A DNA stretch of 51,896 nt from the sequence record SRR20825006_1324. The stretch is one strand, 5' to 3'. The position numbers were made by a program, and so were the translations under genes. Under the pieces are notes generated by a model. That model searched no databases. It saw only the letters and a list, made by a program, of their open reading frames with translations, and was not told the DNA's origin. Of this stretch, positions 21,443 through 30,901 are shown piece by piece. Within the stretch, counting starts at the first letter, position 1. The number at the start of each line of letters is the position of its first letter.

Positions 21443-21518
21443 TAGTCCGATGCTAAAAATTCATCAGCATATTCAAAAATCTTTACTTAGTTTTATCGAT
21501 TAATTTAAATTTCTTCAA

Positions 21519-23987
21519 ATGAAGCGGCTTTTCCATTTATTATTTCTGTTTACTCCTGTCTTTTTAATCGCCCAATTAAAATCTCCTTCCGAATTTTTAG
21601 GTTATGAAATTGGGACTGAATTTACTCGTAATGCGGATGTTATTTCCTACTTTGAACACATTACGGCTAATAGTGGAAAGGTAAAATATTTCGATTATGG
21701 AAAAACAAACGAGCGTAGAAAGCTTACATATGCCGTTATTTCTTCTGAAGAAAATATTGCGAATCTTGAAAAAATTAGAACCGATAACTTAAAAAATATA
21801 GGATTGCTTTCTGGTGAATCAAATCCGAATAAAACAATTGTTTGGCTTAGTTATAACGTGCACGGAAACGAAGCAAGTAGCAGTGAAGCTGCTATGAATA
21901 CAGCTTACAAGTTGATTACTGAACATTCAGCATGGCTGGAAAATGTAGTAGTTATTATGGATCCTAGTGTAAATCCTGATGGTCGTGATCGTTATGTAAA
22001 CTGGTATAATCAAGTGAAAGCTTCACCCTATAATTCTGCTCAAGATGCTACAGAACATCACGAACCATGGCCTAGCGGAAGACCAAACCATTACCTTTTT
22101 GATCTTAATCGCGATTGGATGTGGGCGAGCCAAGTGGAAACACAACAACGTTTGAAAATTTACAACCAATGGATGCCTCAAATACACGTAGATTTTCATG
22201 AGCAGTTTATAAACAATCCGTATTATTTTGCGCCGGCAGCGGAGCCTTTTCATGAAATAATTACACCTTGGCAACGTGAGTTTCAAAATAGAGTAGGGAA
22301 GAATAACGCTAAATATTTTGATGAAAATGGATGGCTTTTCTTTACCCGTGAAAGTTTCGATTTACTTTACCCAAGTTATGGCGATACGTATCCGTTGTAT
22401 ATGGGAGCCATTGGTATGACCTACGAGCAAGCTGGCCACGGAATGGCTGGATTAGGTATTATTAATGATGAAAATATTGAGCTTACACTTATAGATAGAG
22501 TTGCACACCACACCACAAGTGGGCTTTCTACTATTGAAGTAGCTTCAAAAAATGCTGCTTCGCTTAACTCTGAATTCAAGAAATTCTTTAAAAACGATGA
22601 TTTAAAGTATAAAAGTTTTGTGCTTAATGGCAATCCAGATAACCTACAAGCGTTGACAGAGCTTTTAGATAAACACGAAATAAAATACGGTTTTGCAAAG
22701 AGTGGTACAGTAACAGGTTTTAGTTATTCGCAAAACAAAAATGGTTCATTCAATGCAAAAGATGCGTTGGTTGTAAGTACTAATCAACCAAAGGGAAAAA
22801 TGGTGCACGTTCTTTTTGAACCCAATGCAGCACTTTCTACCCCGCTTACGTATGATATTACTGCATGGAGCCTTCCGTATGCATATGGTTTGGAAGGTGT
22901 GGCAAGTACGACTTTGGTTGCAGCAAATAGTAACAATTCAATAAAACCTGTTTCAAATATAGCTTCGCCAACAGCGGCCGGTTATATTTCAAAATGGAAT
23001 AGTTTGCAGGATGCAGAATTCCTTTCAGAATTATTGAAGCAAGATATAAAAGTGCGTTTTTCTGAAAATGAATTAAGTTTTGGGGGCGTTAATTTTGGAC
23101 GAGGAAGCCTTATAATTACACGAAGCGATAATAAAACTAACCAAGATTTTGATAAAAAAGTTACACAGATTGCCAATGCTCATAAACGCCAACTTTATGC
23201 TTCCCCAACCAGTTTAGCAGATAAGCTTACCGATTTTGGATCACAATATGTGCATTTAGCAAAAAAGCAACGCGTAGCAATGCTACAAGGAAAAGGAACA
23301 TCTTCGTTGAGTTATGGTGCGCTGTGGCACTTTTTTGAAACACAACTTAAATACCCAATCACTTCCATAAATACGGAAGGTATTGCGAGTGTTGCGTGGA
23401 ATAAATATGATGTATTGGTAATTCCTGAAGGTAGGTATCATTCTATTTTTAACGATGAAACATTTAAAACGCTTGAAGAATGGATAAACAAAGGCGGAAA
23501 AGTAATTTCAATTGGTAGCGCTTTAAGTGTTTTTGAAGATAAAGAAGGTTTTGAATTAAAAAAGAATGAAGCTGAAAACACTGAAAAAGAGAAAGATACT
23601 TTAGGAAATTTTGTGCCTTATGCTAATCGTGAAATGGAAAGCACCAAAAACTTTATAACAGGCAGTATTTTTAAAGTGGCGATAGATAATACGCACCCTT
23701 TAGCCTTTGGTTATAATGAAACATATTATAGCTTAAAATTAGGAAGTGATTCTTTTGCTTTTTTAAACGATGGTTATAATGTGGGTTCAATAAAAGACGA
23801 CCCCATAAGTGTTTCTGGATTTTCGGGAGAAAAAGCGAAAGCATCTCTTAAAAATTCGTTTGTTTTTGCTGAAAAACCAAAAGGAGATGGAAGTGTAATT
23901 TATATGGTAGACGATGTTTCTTTCCGCTCTTTTTGGCAGAATGGGAAACTATTCTTAGCAAATGCAATATTTTTTGTAGGGGAATAA
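21519..23987 (+). CDS. M14 zinc carboxypeptidase family protein with C-terminal GATase1-like domain
   Basis: Signal peptide, HGNE, NPDG, DLNRD, DFHE and TYEQ motifs. Confidence 0.88.
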   Translation: MKRLFHLLFLFTPVFLIAQLKSPSEFLGYEIGTEFTRNADVISYFEHITANSGKVKYFDYGKTNERRKLTYAVISSEENIANLEKIRTDNLKNIGLLSGESNPNKTIVWLSYNVHGNEASSSEAAMNTAYKLITEHSAWLENVVVIMDPSVNPDGRDRYVNWYNQVKASPYNSAQDATEHHEPWPSGRPNHYLFDLNRDWMWASQVETQQRLKIYNQWMPQIHVDFHEQFINNPYYFAPAAEPFHEIITPWQREFQNRVGKNNAKYFDENGWLFFTRESFDLLYPSYGDTYPLYMGAIGMTYEQAGHGMAGLGIINDENIELTLIDRVAHHTTSGLSTIEVASKNAASLNSEFKKFFKNDDLKYKSFVLNGNPDNLQALTELLDKHEIKYGFAKSGTVTGFSYSQNKNGSFNAKDALVVSTNQPKGKMVHVLFEPNAALSTPLTYDITAWSLPYAYGLEGVASTTLVAANSNNSIKPVSNIASPTAAGYISKWNSLQDAEFLSELLKQDIKVRFSENELSFGGVNFGRGSLIITRSDNKTNQDFDKKVTQIANAHKRQLYASPTSLADKLTDFGSQYVHLAKKQRVAMLQGKGTSSLSYGALWHFFETQLKYPITSINTEGIASVAWNKYDVLVIPEGRYHSIFNDETFKTLEEWINKGGKVISIGSALSVFEDKEGFELKKNEAENTEKEKDTLGNFVPYANREMESTKNFITGSIFKVAIDNTHPLAFGYNETYYSLKLGSDSFAFLNDGYNVGSIKDDPISVSGFSGEKAKASLKNSFVFAEKPKGDGSVIYMVDDVSFRSFWQNGKLFLANAIFFVGE

Positions 23988-24010
23988 AAAACCTTTTTTA
24001 AGGTTAGATT

Positions 24011-25633
24011 TTACTTTGATACTATAAATAAAGTACGGTAAAGCCTTGTTTTATGGGTTCGGCTGTCTTTTCCTTTTGGGTTCATATCATAAAGAGCAAT
24101 TTCCTCTAGTTCAAAATTTGGAAAAGTTTTTTTGAAAAGTTGTATGTTTTCTTCTTGCACTAAAACTCCAAATTGACTTTCTTCTGGAATAGAAGTTTTT
24201 TCGCCTTCTTTTAAAATTTGCATCTTTTTACCATAATCCCAAATTAGTTCAGGCGTCATGTTTGAAAATTCATAAACATTAATTTTTTGTTGTTCTTCCC
24301 AAGTTTGAAGTTCAGAATAGGCTTTGTATTCTGGGTTTATAGTTATCGCTTTGCTAAGCGGTAATCCAAACCAGATGGTAACAACAATAAATACAATGGT
24401 TAAATAAAAAACGGTTGCAATTTTTTTTCTGAAAAGATTTTGAAACATAAAAGCTCCAATACAAAACAACGAAATAGAAAGTAAAACAAACCAAATCCAA
24501 TTGCCCGAAAGACCATTTTTCAGAAAAATATAACCGCCAACAGGAAAAATCACTCCAATTAAAGCAATCAAACCAAAATTAAAATACACAGGAATTGTTT
24601 CCTTTTTGTCTTTCAATTCTTTAAAGCCTCGGAAAAGATATTCTATATAAAAACCTGTATTTAGAGCCATTGGGATTAGAACCGGTAATAAATACCGCGA
24701 TTTTTTTTCAGGAATCAACGAAAGTAAAACCACAGAAATCAATGTCCAAAGAAAAGTAAAGAGGTAGGCTTTCTTATTAAAAACACGATTTTTTAAATAC
24801 GGAAATAATAAAGCAACAAAAGCTGGAATAGTCCAAACACCGCTTTGTGTAAAGAAACTCCAATAATAATAAAATGGTTTTATCTCGTAACTAATCCAAT
24901 TGGTGGTTTCATTTTTGGTAATTTCTGCTGCAGCGGGGTCAAATTTTAATGTGTACCAATGCCACCATCCTGAAACTACAGTTGCAACAAGTAGAAAAGC
25001 TAGTAAAGGCAACCATCTTGTTTTAAAATTCTTGTATTTGTATACAATTCCGAAGGCAATTAAAAAAGGTAAAAGTAATGCGTAAAGTGATACGGGACCT
25101 TTACTTAAAAACGAACACCCAAAGAAAACTCCCGCCAATAGTGCGTTTCGGTATTTGTGTTTTTCTTCAGTAAAAAATAAATAAAGTAAATAGATACAGA
25201 CTATCATAAATCCGTGGGTGTAAATATCCCACTGACCATCGCGCGCAGAAGCAACAATATAAAATGAAGTCGCCATTATTAAGGCACTGATGAAGGCATA
25301 TATTTTTTCTGAAGTAAGTTTTTTGGCAAGTGTATATGAAATTAAAACGAGTAACAGCGTCATAATTGCAGCTGGTAGCCGAAGAGCCCATATGCTTTTT
25401 AATCCGAAGACAGCTGCTGAAAAAGCAGTTAACCATGTAGGTAAAGGTGGTTTTTGATATCGCGGTTCACCGTTGATGGTTGTAAGTAACCAATTGCCAT
25501 CGTGAAGCATTTCGCGCGCGGTAATAAAATTTCGCGCTTCCATAATATTTACGGGCAAAGAGTCTAAATTGACAAAGAAAATTGCGGCGCAGGTAATTAA
25601 TAACAGCACTAAATAATTATTTTCAATTTTCAT
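24011..25633 (-). CDS. ArnT-like polyprenyl-phosphate-sugar-dependent glycosyltransferase (GT-C)
   Basis: EARNF..AREM, QKPPL, LSKGP and EKKSRYLLP motifs with many TM segments. ATG 25633 (MKIENN) overlaps the upstream gene end. Confidence 0.88.
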   Translation of the reverse strand: MKIENNYLVLLLITCAAIFFVNLDSLPVNIMEARNFITAREMLHDGNWLLTTINGEPRYQKPPLPTWLTAFSAAVFGLKSIWALRLPAAIMTLLLVLISYTLAKKLTSEKIYAFISALIMATSFYIVASARDGQWDIYTHGFMIVCIYLLYLFFTEEKHKYRNALLAGVFFGCSFLSKGPVSLYALLLPFLIAFGIVYKYKNFKTRWLPLLAFLLVATVVSGWWHWYTLKFDPAAAEITKNETTNWISYEIKPFYYYWSFFTQSGVWTIPAFVALLFPYLKNRVFNKKAYLFTFLWTLISVVLLSLIPEKKSRYLLPVLIPMALNTGFYIEYLFRGFKELKDKKETIPVYFNFGLIALIGVIFPVGGYIFLKNGLSGNWIWFVLLSISLFCIGAFMFQNLFRKKIATVFYLTIVFIVVTIWFGLPLSKAITINPEYKAYSELQTWEEQQKINVYEFSNMTPELIWDYGKKMQILKEGEKTSIPEESQFGVLVQEENIQLFKKTFPNFELEEIALYDMNPKGKDSRTHKTRLYRTLFIVSK

Positions 25634-26255
25634 GACCGACTTGTTTTTTCCAAATAAAAATATTGCGAACGTAAATAATAAGTCCGGCACCATGCCCAAC
25701 TAAAAGTACAGGATCTTGTCTAAAAATTCCGTAAGTTAAAATAAGTGATGCTCCTAGAACACTCATTCGCCAAAAACCAACAGGAAGTTGCGAGGTCTTC
25801 GTTTTTTCAGAAACAATCCATTGATAAACAAACCGAAGCGTAAAAATTATTTGGGAAATAATTCCCAAAAGCAATAGCCACATTGGGATTGCGTCGTTTC
25901 TAAAAAGCTTATCTATATCGTATTCACCATTGTTGTAGGCATAAATAACAATGAAGATTGGGAAAATAAACAGAAATAATTGTAACCATTTAGGCGATTT
26001 TTGCCACTCACCTTGCAACTGTAAATTTCGGATGTAAATATAATAGGTTAAGGCTTGACCAAGCATAATTGCAAAATCGTCCCGTAAATGTCCATAAAGA
26101 AAAAGGAGAAAAGAGGCCAACAAACTTAATTTCCAAAATGCAGAAGGCGTTATAATCCGTTTGCTTTTTTCGGAAAGAATCCATTGTAAAATTAACCTTC
26201 CACTAAAAAGGATTTGTGCCAAAAAACCAATGCTGTACACAATCCAATTGCTCAT
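25623..26255 (-). CDS. Membrane protein with two LAB_N (lipid A disaccharide synthase N-terminal) repeats
   Basis: Two copies of G..xQ..F..R...QWI.SEK......P..FW..S. Confidence 0.88.
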   Translation of the reverse strand: MSNWIVYSIGFLAQILFSGRLILQWILSEKSKRIITPSAFWKLSLLASFLLFLYGHLRDDFAIMLGQALTYYIYIRNLQLQGEWQKSPKWLQLFLFIFPIFIVIYAYNNGEYDIDKLFRNDAIPMWLLLLGIISQIIFTLRFVYQWIVSEKTKTSQLPVGFWRMSVLGASLILTYGIFRQDPVLLVGHGAGLIIYVRNIFIWKKQVGHEN

Positions 26256-26962
26256 CCTTTGCTTTTAATCTCGTAGTTTATATATTTTTTCTTCATCCAA
26301 AGGTAAGCGAAACAATCCATCAATGGGCCTAATAATCTGTTCCAAAGTCCAAATTTTGCGGTTCCAGCCATACGTGGAAAATGTTTTACAGGTACTTGCA
26401 GTACAGTGCCGTTTTGCAATAAAATCATTGCAGGTAAAAATCGATGAAGCCCTTTAAACATTGGTATTCGCTTGGCATAGTCTGTTTTAATTACTTTTAA
26501 CGGACAACCAGTATCATCCATACCATCGTGTGTAAAAGTACGGCGTATTCCGTTTGCAATTTTCGAAGACATATTTTTCACAAACTTATCTTTTCTATCT
26601 GCGCGCACACCAGTAACTAAATCATAGTTGGAAATATGCTCCAATAATAAATTAAAATCCTCTGGTGCAGTTTGTAAATCACTATCAATATAGCCAACTA
26701 GCGGACTTTCAACTGTGTCAAAACCAGCTTTTATTGCAGCACTTAAACCACGATTTTCTTTAAAAGCAATAAAGTGAAAAGCTTCATTTTTGTTGCAAAT
26801 TTCTTCAATTAGCTTTTGGCTATTATCTTTAGAGCCATCATTAACAAAGAGAATAGAAGTAGTTTTTGCAGCAATCTTGGTATATGCTAAAAGCTCCTTT
26901 TCAACGCGCTGCAGGTTTTCTTCTTCGTTGTAAACGGGTACAATAATCGTGAATTCGTACAT
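26252..26962 (-). CDS. GT2 polyprenyl-phosphate glycosyltransferase (ArnC/RgtE-like, no C-terminal TMs)
   Basis: IIVPVYNE, VNDGSKD, DSDLQ, DTGCPLK and HRFLP motifs. ATGA overlap with the LAB_N gene. Confidence 0.9.
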   Translation of the reverse strand: MYEFTIIVPVYNEEENLQRVEKELLAYTKIAAKTTSILFVNDGSKDNSQKLIEEICNKNEAFHFIAFKENRGLSAAIKAGFDTVESPLVGYIDSDLQTAPEDFNLLLEHISNYDLVTGVRADRKDKFVKNMSSKIANGIRRTFTHDGMDDTGCPLKVIKTDYAKRIPMFKGLHRFLPAMILLQNGTVLQVPVKHFPRMAGTAKFGLWNRLLGPLMDCFAYLWMKKKYINYEIKSKG

Positions 26963-26985
26963 TTATTTTTTTGAAAAGATTTCTA

Positions 26986-26993
26986 CAAAAGTA
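26986..26993 (-). promoter_or_regulatory. -7 element (TACTTTTG) for the GT2-LAB_N-ArnT operon
   Basis: Exact TAnnTTTG 23 nt upstream of the ATG. Confidence 0.65.
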
Positions 26994-27058
26994 TTTCTTT
27001 TTTGAAGAATACGGCAGACCGTTAAAAAAGATGTTATTTTGCAACTGAAATCAATTTT

Positions 27059-27997
27059 ATGAAAATACTTGTTACAGGTGCAGCTGGGTTTATTGGTTCG
27101 CACACTTCAGAAAGACTTAAGGAGCTGAAACACGAAGTTTTGGGGGTAGATAATTTTTCATCGTATTATGATGTTGCCCTAAAGAAACTAAACGTTAAAG
27201 CACTTTCAGAAAAAAATATTGAAGTGCTTCAAGTTGATCTTCGTAATGATGATTTAGCTGAAAAACTTCCAAACGACTTAGATTATATTTTTCATTTTGC
27301 TGCTCATCCTGGTATTTCCAATGCTTCAACGTTTGAGGATTATTTCAGTAATAATATTTTAGCAACACAGCGTTTGTTAGCGTATGCTGAAAATCTTTCA
27401 AAAAAACCATTCATTATAAACATTGCTACTTCTTCAATTTACGGATTGGAAGCCACTTTTCCAGAAACTGTTGCGCCGAAACCTGCTTCGTGGTATGGTG
27501 TTACCAAGCTAGCGGCAGAGCAATTGGTTTTAGCAAAAAGTCGCGAAAATAAACTAAATGGTACTTCAATGCGATTATTTTCCGTTTATGGGCCACGCGA
27601 AAGACCTGATAAATTATATACTCGTTTAATAGATTGTGGACTGAATAATAAACCATTTCCACTATTTGAAGGAAGCGAAAAACACCTTCGAAGCTTTACA
27701 TATGTTCAGGATATTGTGGATGGAATTGTAAGTGTAATTGGAAAAGAAACTATTTGTAATGGTGAAATTTTTAATCTAGGAACAGAAACGGAAAGTACTA
27801 CTGCGCAAGGCATAGCAACTGTTGAAGAGATTCTTCAAAAGAAAATTGGGACTGTTAAAAAACCACCTCGTGATGGTGACCAGTCGCGAACAAAAGCGAA
27901 TATTGATAAGGCGCGAAAATTGCTTAATTACAATCCAACAACAACTTTAAAAGAAGGGCTTATTGCTCAAAAAGAATGGTTTGAAACTAATTTTTAA
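27059..27997 (+). CDS. Extended SDR nucleotide-sugar epimerase, likely UDP-glucuronate 4-epimerase
   Basis: GAAGFIG, TSSIYG, YGVTK and RLFSVYGPRERPD motifs. Substrate inferred from motif style and gene context. Confidence 0.8.
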   Translation: MKILVTGAAGFIGSHTSERLKELKHEVLGVDNFSSYYDVALKKLNVKALSEKNIEVLQVDLRNDDLAEKLPNDLDYIFHFAAHPGISNASTFEDYFSNNILATQRLLAYAENLSKKPFIINIATSSIYGLEATFPETVAPKPASWYGVTKLAAEQLVLAKSRENKLNGTSMRLFSVYGPRERPDKLYTRLIDCGLNNKPFPLFEGSEKHLRSFTYVQDIVDGIVSVIGKETICNGEIFNLGTETESTTAQGIATVEEILQKKIGTVKKPPRDGDQSRTKANIDKARKLLNYNPTTTLKEGLIAQKEWFETNF

Positions 27998-28020
27998 AAG
28001 TAAGTTTCCAAACTTTCTTT

Positions 28021-29106
28021 TTATTCTCTTTTAATTAAAAGTAATTTTTCCGCAGCTTCAAAAGGTGTTGTTAAATTTTCATCCAAAGCTTTTAATTGTT
28101 TTTCAACTTCAATTTTTATGAAAGGATTTGAATAAAAATCACTTTTTAGCCTACTTTCAATTGTTTGCATTAACCAAAATTTATTTTGCTCTTTTCTTTT
28201 ATGTTGAAAGTAGCCATTACTTTCAACGGTTTTAAAATATGCTAAAACTAATTTCCAAATTTCAGTGATACCTTCATTATTTAAAGCACTGGATAGAAGC
28301 GTTTTTGGAGTCCAATCACTTTCTTTTGCAGGATAGAGATGAAGCGCGCGATTGAATTCGGTTTTGGCGAGTTTTGCAGCTTTTAGGTTTTCACCATCAG
28401 CTTTATTGATGATTATTGCATCTGCCATTTCCATAATTCCGCGTTTTATACCTTGTAGCTCATCGCCAGCTCCAGCAAGTTTTAGCAATAAAAAGAAGTC
28501 TGTCATGGAATGTACAGCAGTTTCACTTTGGCCAACACCTACGGTTTCAATTAGAATAACATTAAAACCTGCTGCTTCGCATAAAATAATTGTTTCTCGC
28601 GTTTTACGGGCAACACCTCCCAGCGTATCACCACTGGCTGATGGGCGGATAAAAGCATTTTTTTCCTTTACCAAATCTTCCATTCTGGTTTTGTCTCCAA
28701 GAATACTGCCTTTACTTATGCTACTGCTTGGATCTACGGTAAGTACAGCAACTTTTTTACCTTCAGAAACTAGGAGTTTACCAAAGCTTTCAATAAAAGT
28801 GCTTTTGCCTACACCGGGAACTCCAGTAATTCCAATTCGGATAGATTTGTTTGCGTGAGGCAAACATTTTTCAATAATTTCTTTAGCTTGTTGTTGGTGT
28901 TTTTGCGCAGTACTTTCAATAATAGTTATGGCTCGGCTAAGTGCAGTTTGATTTTTTTGAAGAATCCCTTCAACCAAAATTTTGGTGGAGGGTGTTTTCT
29001 TTAAATTTGTTTTAAGCTTTTTTGCAGCCTCTTTATTAAGGGTTTCTGGATATGAAACTCCTTTTATCTCTTGAAGTGCGCTTGTATTTCTTTTCTTTTC
29101 TGCCAC
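28021..29106 (-). CDS. meaB: Methylmalonyl-CoA mutase-associated GTPase
   Basis: GVPGVGKST, VDPSS, LGDKTRM, ETVGVGQSE, GDELQGIKRG and NKAD motifs. Confidence 0.95.
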   Translation of the reverse strand: MAEKKRNTSALQEIKGVSYPETLNKEAAKKLKTNLKKTPSTKILVEGILQKNQTALSRAITIIESTAQKHQQQAKEIIEKCLPHANKSIRIGITGVPGVGKSTFIESFGKLLVSEGKKVAVLTVDPSSSISKGSILGDKTRMEDLVKEKNAFIRPSASGDTLGGVARKTRETIILCEAAGFNVILIETVGVGQSETAVHSMTDFFLLLKLAGAGDELQGIKRGIMEMADAIIINKADGENLKAAKLAKTEFNRALHLYPAKESDWTPKTLLSSALNNEGITEIWKLVLAYFKTVESNGYFQHKRKEQNKFWLMQTIESRLKSDFYSNPFIKIEVEKQLKALDENLTTPFEAAEKLLLIKRE

Positions 29107-29200
29107 AGCGTGAATTTAGGACAAATTTATGAATTGGAACTTTTAAAAACGAGTTTAACTCAGTATCTTGAAATTTAATAATTTTAAAATTCAGAAAAAA

Positions 29201-29626
29201 ATGAAAACGTTATACGAAGCAACAACGACTGTAAGTGGAGGCAGAAATGGCCATTTAACAACAGATGATAAAAAACTTGATTTAGAGTTGTCTGTACCTA
29301 CTGAAATGGGTGGTGATGGTGGAAGTGGTACAAATCCAGAACAACTTTTTGGGGGTGCTTATGCTGCATGTTTTGGCGGTGCGGTACAAGTAATCGCTAA
29401 AAAGAAAAAGATTGAACTTTCTGATGAGTTTAGTATTACTGCAACTATTGGTTTTTGCGAAGATGAAGACGGTGCATTTTTGGAAGCAACCTTAGATTGC
29501 TACCTGCCAGGTGTTGATGTTAAAACGGGTGAAAGTATTATTAAAAATGCTCACAAAATATGCCCATTTTCAAAAGCTGTTGAAGATAATATTACCGTAA
29601 ACTTAAACTTAATGGTTGATGAGTAA
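29201..29626 (+). CDS. ohr: Organic hydroperoxide resistance protein (Ohr family)
   Basis: GGRNG, TNPEQLF..AYAACF and AHKICPFS motifs. ATG 29201 preferred. Confidence 0.92.
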   Translation: MKTLYEATTTVSGGRNGHLTTDDKKLDLELSVPTEMGGDGGSGTNPEQLFGGAYAACFGGAVQVIAKKKKIELSDEFSITATIGFCEDEDGAFLEATLDCYLPGVDVKTGESIIKNAHKICPFSKAVEDNITVNLNLMVDE

Positions 29627-29651
29627 AATGAACTTATAAAAAATATAGCAT

Positions 29652-29685
29652 AATAAAAAGCCCTGAACTTTCAGGGCTTTTTATT
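29652..29685. terminator. Bidirectional intrinsic terminator
   Basis: AATAAAAAGCCCTGAA-CT-TTCAGGGCTTTTTATT between convergent genes. Confidence 0.92.
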
Positions 29686-30206
29686 TACATTGCTTTTAGG
29701 TTTATAACTTTTCCTTGGTCAGAATCTTTAGCAGCTTCCTCTTTTTTTTCTTCTTTAAATGGGGTTTTTTTGTGCTGTAAAGCAGCTTGTTTTATATACC
29801 ATTCCAGTTGGTATTTTTGTTTTTCAAGAATTTCAAGAATACCGTCGGGGAGTTCTTTTCGTTCTAAAAGTTCTTCATATCTTTTTATGTTGTTTCTATC
29901 TCGGTTTATGCAAGACCTTACTATTGCTTCTGCATCAAAATACTCTATGGCTTCTTTTATTTCTTGCCAAGAACGATCTAAATTTCCTTTTTCAGAATCT
30001 TCTTTTAAAGGCTCAATGTCACGCGAGTGAAGTTCGTTAGAAATGTCATGACTCATTCTATTTCTTTCAACCGCCATATAATTTAAAAAGCGTTTTAAAT
30101 CTGTAGTTTGCGCATCGAGCGCAGCATTGTAGTATAGTTTTTCCGCTTCAAAGCAAGCAACTAGCAAGCGGTTTAGTTTGTCAAAATCAGCGTATTTCTT
30201 TTTCAT
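29685..30206 (-). CDS. PA2169/DUF2383-like ferritin-fold four-helix-bundle protein
   Basis: LNRLL...EAEKLY..A, GNLDRSWQEIK and YEELLE..ELP patterns. Own -7 box TAACTTTG at 30230-30223. Confidence 0.72.
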   Translation of the reverse strand: MKKKYADFDKLNRLLVACFEAEKLYYNAALDAQTTDLKRFLNYMAVERNRMSHDISNELHSRDIEPLKEDSEKGNLDRSWQEIKEAIEYFDAEAIVRSCINRDRNNIKRYEELLERKELPDGILEILEKQKYQLEWYIKQAALQHKKTPFKEEKKEEAAKDSDQGKVINLKAM

Positions 30207-30292
30207 AAATGTACAATTTTACCAAAGTTAATATAAAAAGTGGGGTATTTAAAATTCTAATTATCAAATATTTCATAAAAAAAACAGTATAT

Positions 30293-30320
30293 ATTGCAAC
30301 ATCTATTTTCTTTTGTCGTC
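30293..30320 (+). promoter_or_regulatory. ECF sigma-type promoter ATTGCAAC-N16-CGTC upstream of the ECF sigma gene
   Basis: AAC-ending -35 and CGT-type -10 with a 16-nt spacer, 35 nt before TTG 30356. Confidence 0.75.
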
Positions 30321-30355
30321 TTTTAATTGAACAGCAACCAAAAAAACCATCAAGT

Positions 30356-30901
30356 TTGTCTGATTTATTACTTATCGAGCAATGCAGACAGTGCAACCGA
30401 AAAGCGCAAATGGCGCTTTATAAAAAATATTGCGGCGGCATGTTTATTATTGCCCAACGGTATTTAAAGGAAACCGCTGCAGCCGAAGATGCAATGCAGG
30501 AAGCCTTCATTAAAGCTTTTCAAAAACTGAGCCAATTTAAGGGAGACGTCACTTTTGGAGCTTGGTTAAAGCGAATAGTTATTAACACTTGCTTAGATAC
30601 CATAAAGGCGAAAAAACTTGAGTTACAAACTTTAAACGATGAGGTTTTTACTGTTGTAGCTTCAGACGACGACTGGCAAATATCTGATGAAGCCACAGTA
30701 TCAGAGATAATGTATGCGATTGAAGAATTGCCTGATAAGTATAAATTGACAGTTAAATTATTTTTAGTGGAAGGATATGATCATCAAGAAATTTCAGAAA
30801 TACTGCAGATTTCTGAAAATGCATCGCGAACTTATTTGCATCGCGGAAAAAGTAAATTAAAAGAAACATTAAAACATTTGCGTTATGGCACGGGATATTA
30901 A
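30356..30901 (+). CDS. ECF RNA polymerase sigma factor
   Basis: AEDAMQEAFIKAF, FGAWLKRIVIN and EGYDHQEISEIL motifs. In-frame TTG 30356 preferred because the ORF-track start 30209 lies upstream of the promoter. Confidence 0.93.
   Translation: MSDLLLIEQCRQCNRKAQMALYKKYCGGMFIIAQRYLKETAAAEDAMQEAFIKAFQKLSQFKGDVTFGAWLKRIVINTCLDTIKAKKLELQTLNDEVFTVVASDDDWQISDEATVSEIMYAIEELPDKYKLTVKLFLVEGYDHQEISEILQISENASRTYLHRGKSKLKETLKHLRYGTGY

Noticed and set aside
25623-26255. lpxB or an lpxB pseudogene
   Set aside because: Only the membrane LAB_N repeats are present, as an intact, translationally coupled ORF with no catalytic domain.
24011-27997. Canonical L-Ara4N (arn/pmr) polymyxin-resistance operon
   Set aside because: No ArnA, ArnB, ArnD or ArnE/F homologues in the window.
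29180-29191. AATTTTAAAATT palindrome as an OhrR operator
   Set aside because: Purely A/T, expected by chance here, and no ohrR is adjacent.
30209-30355. N-terminal extension of the ECF sigma in the ORF track
   Set aside because: It spans the divergent promoter region, including the ECF promoter itself; TTG 30356 fits better.
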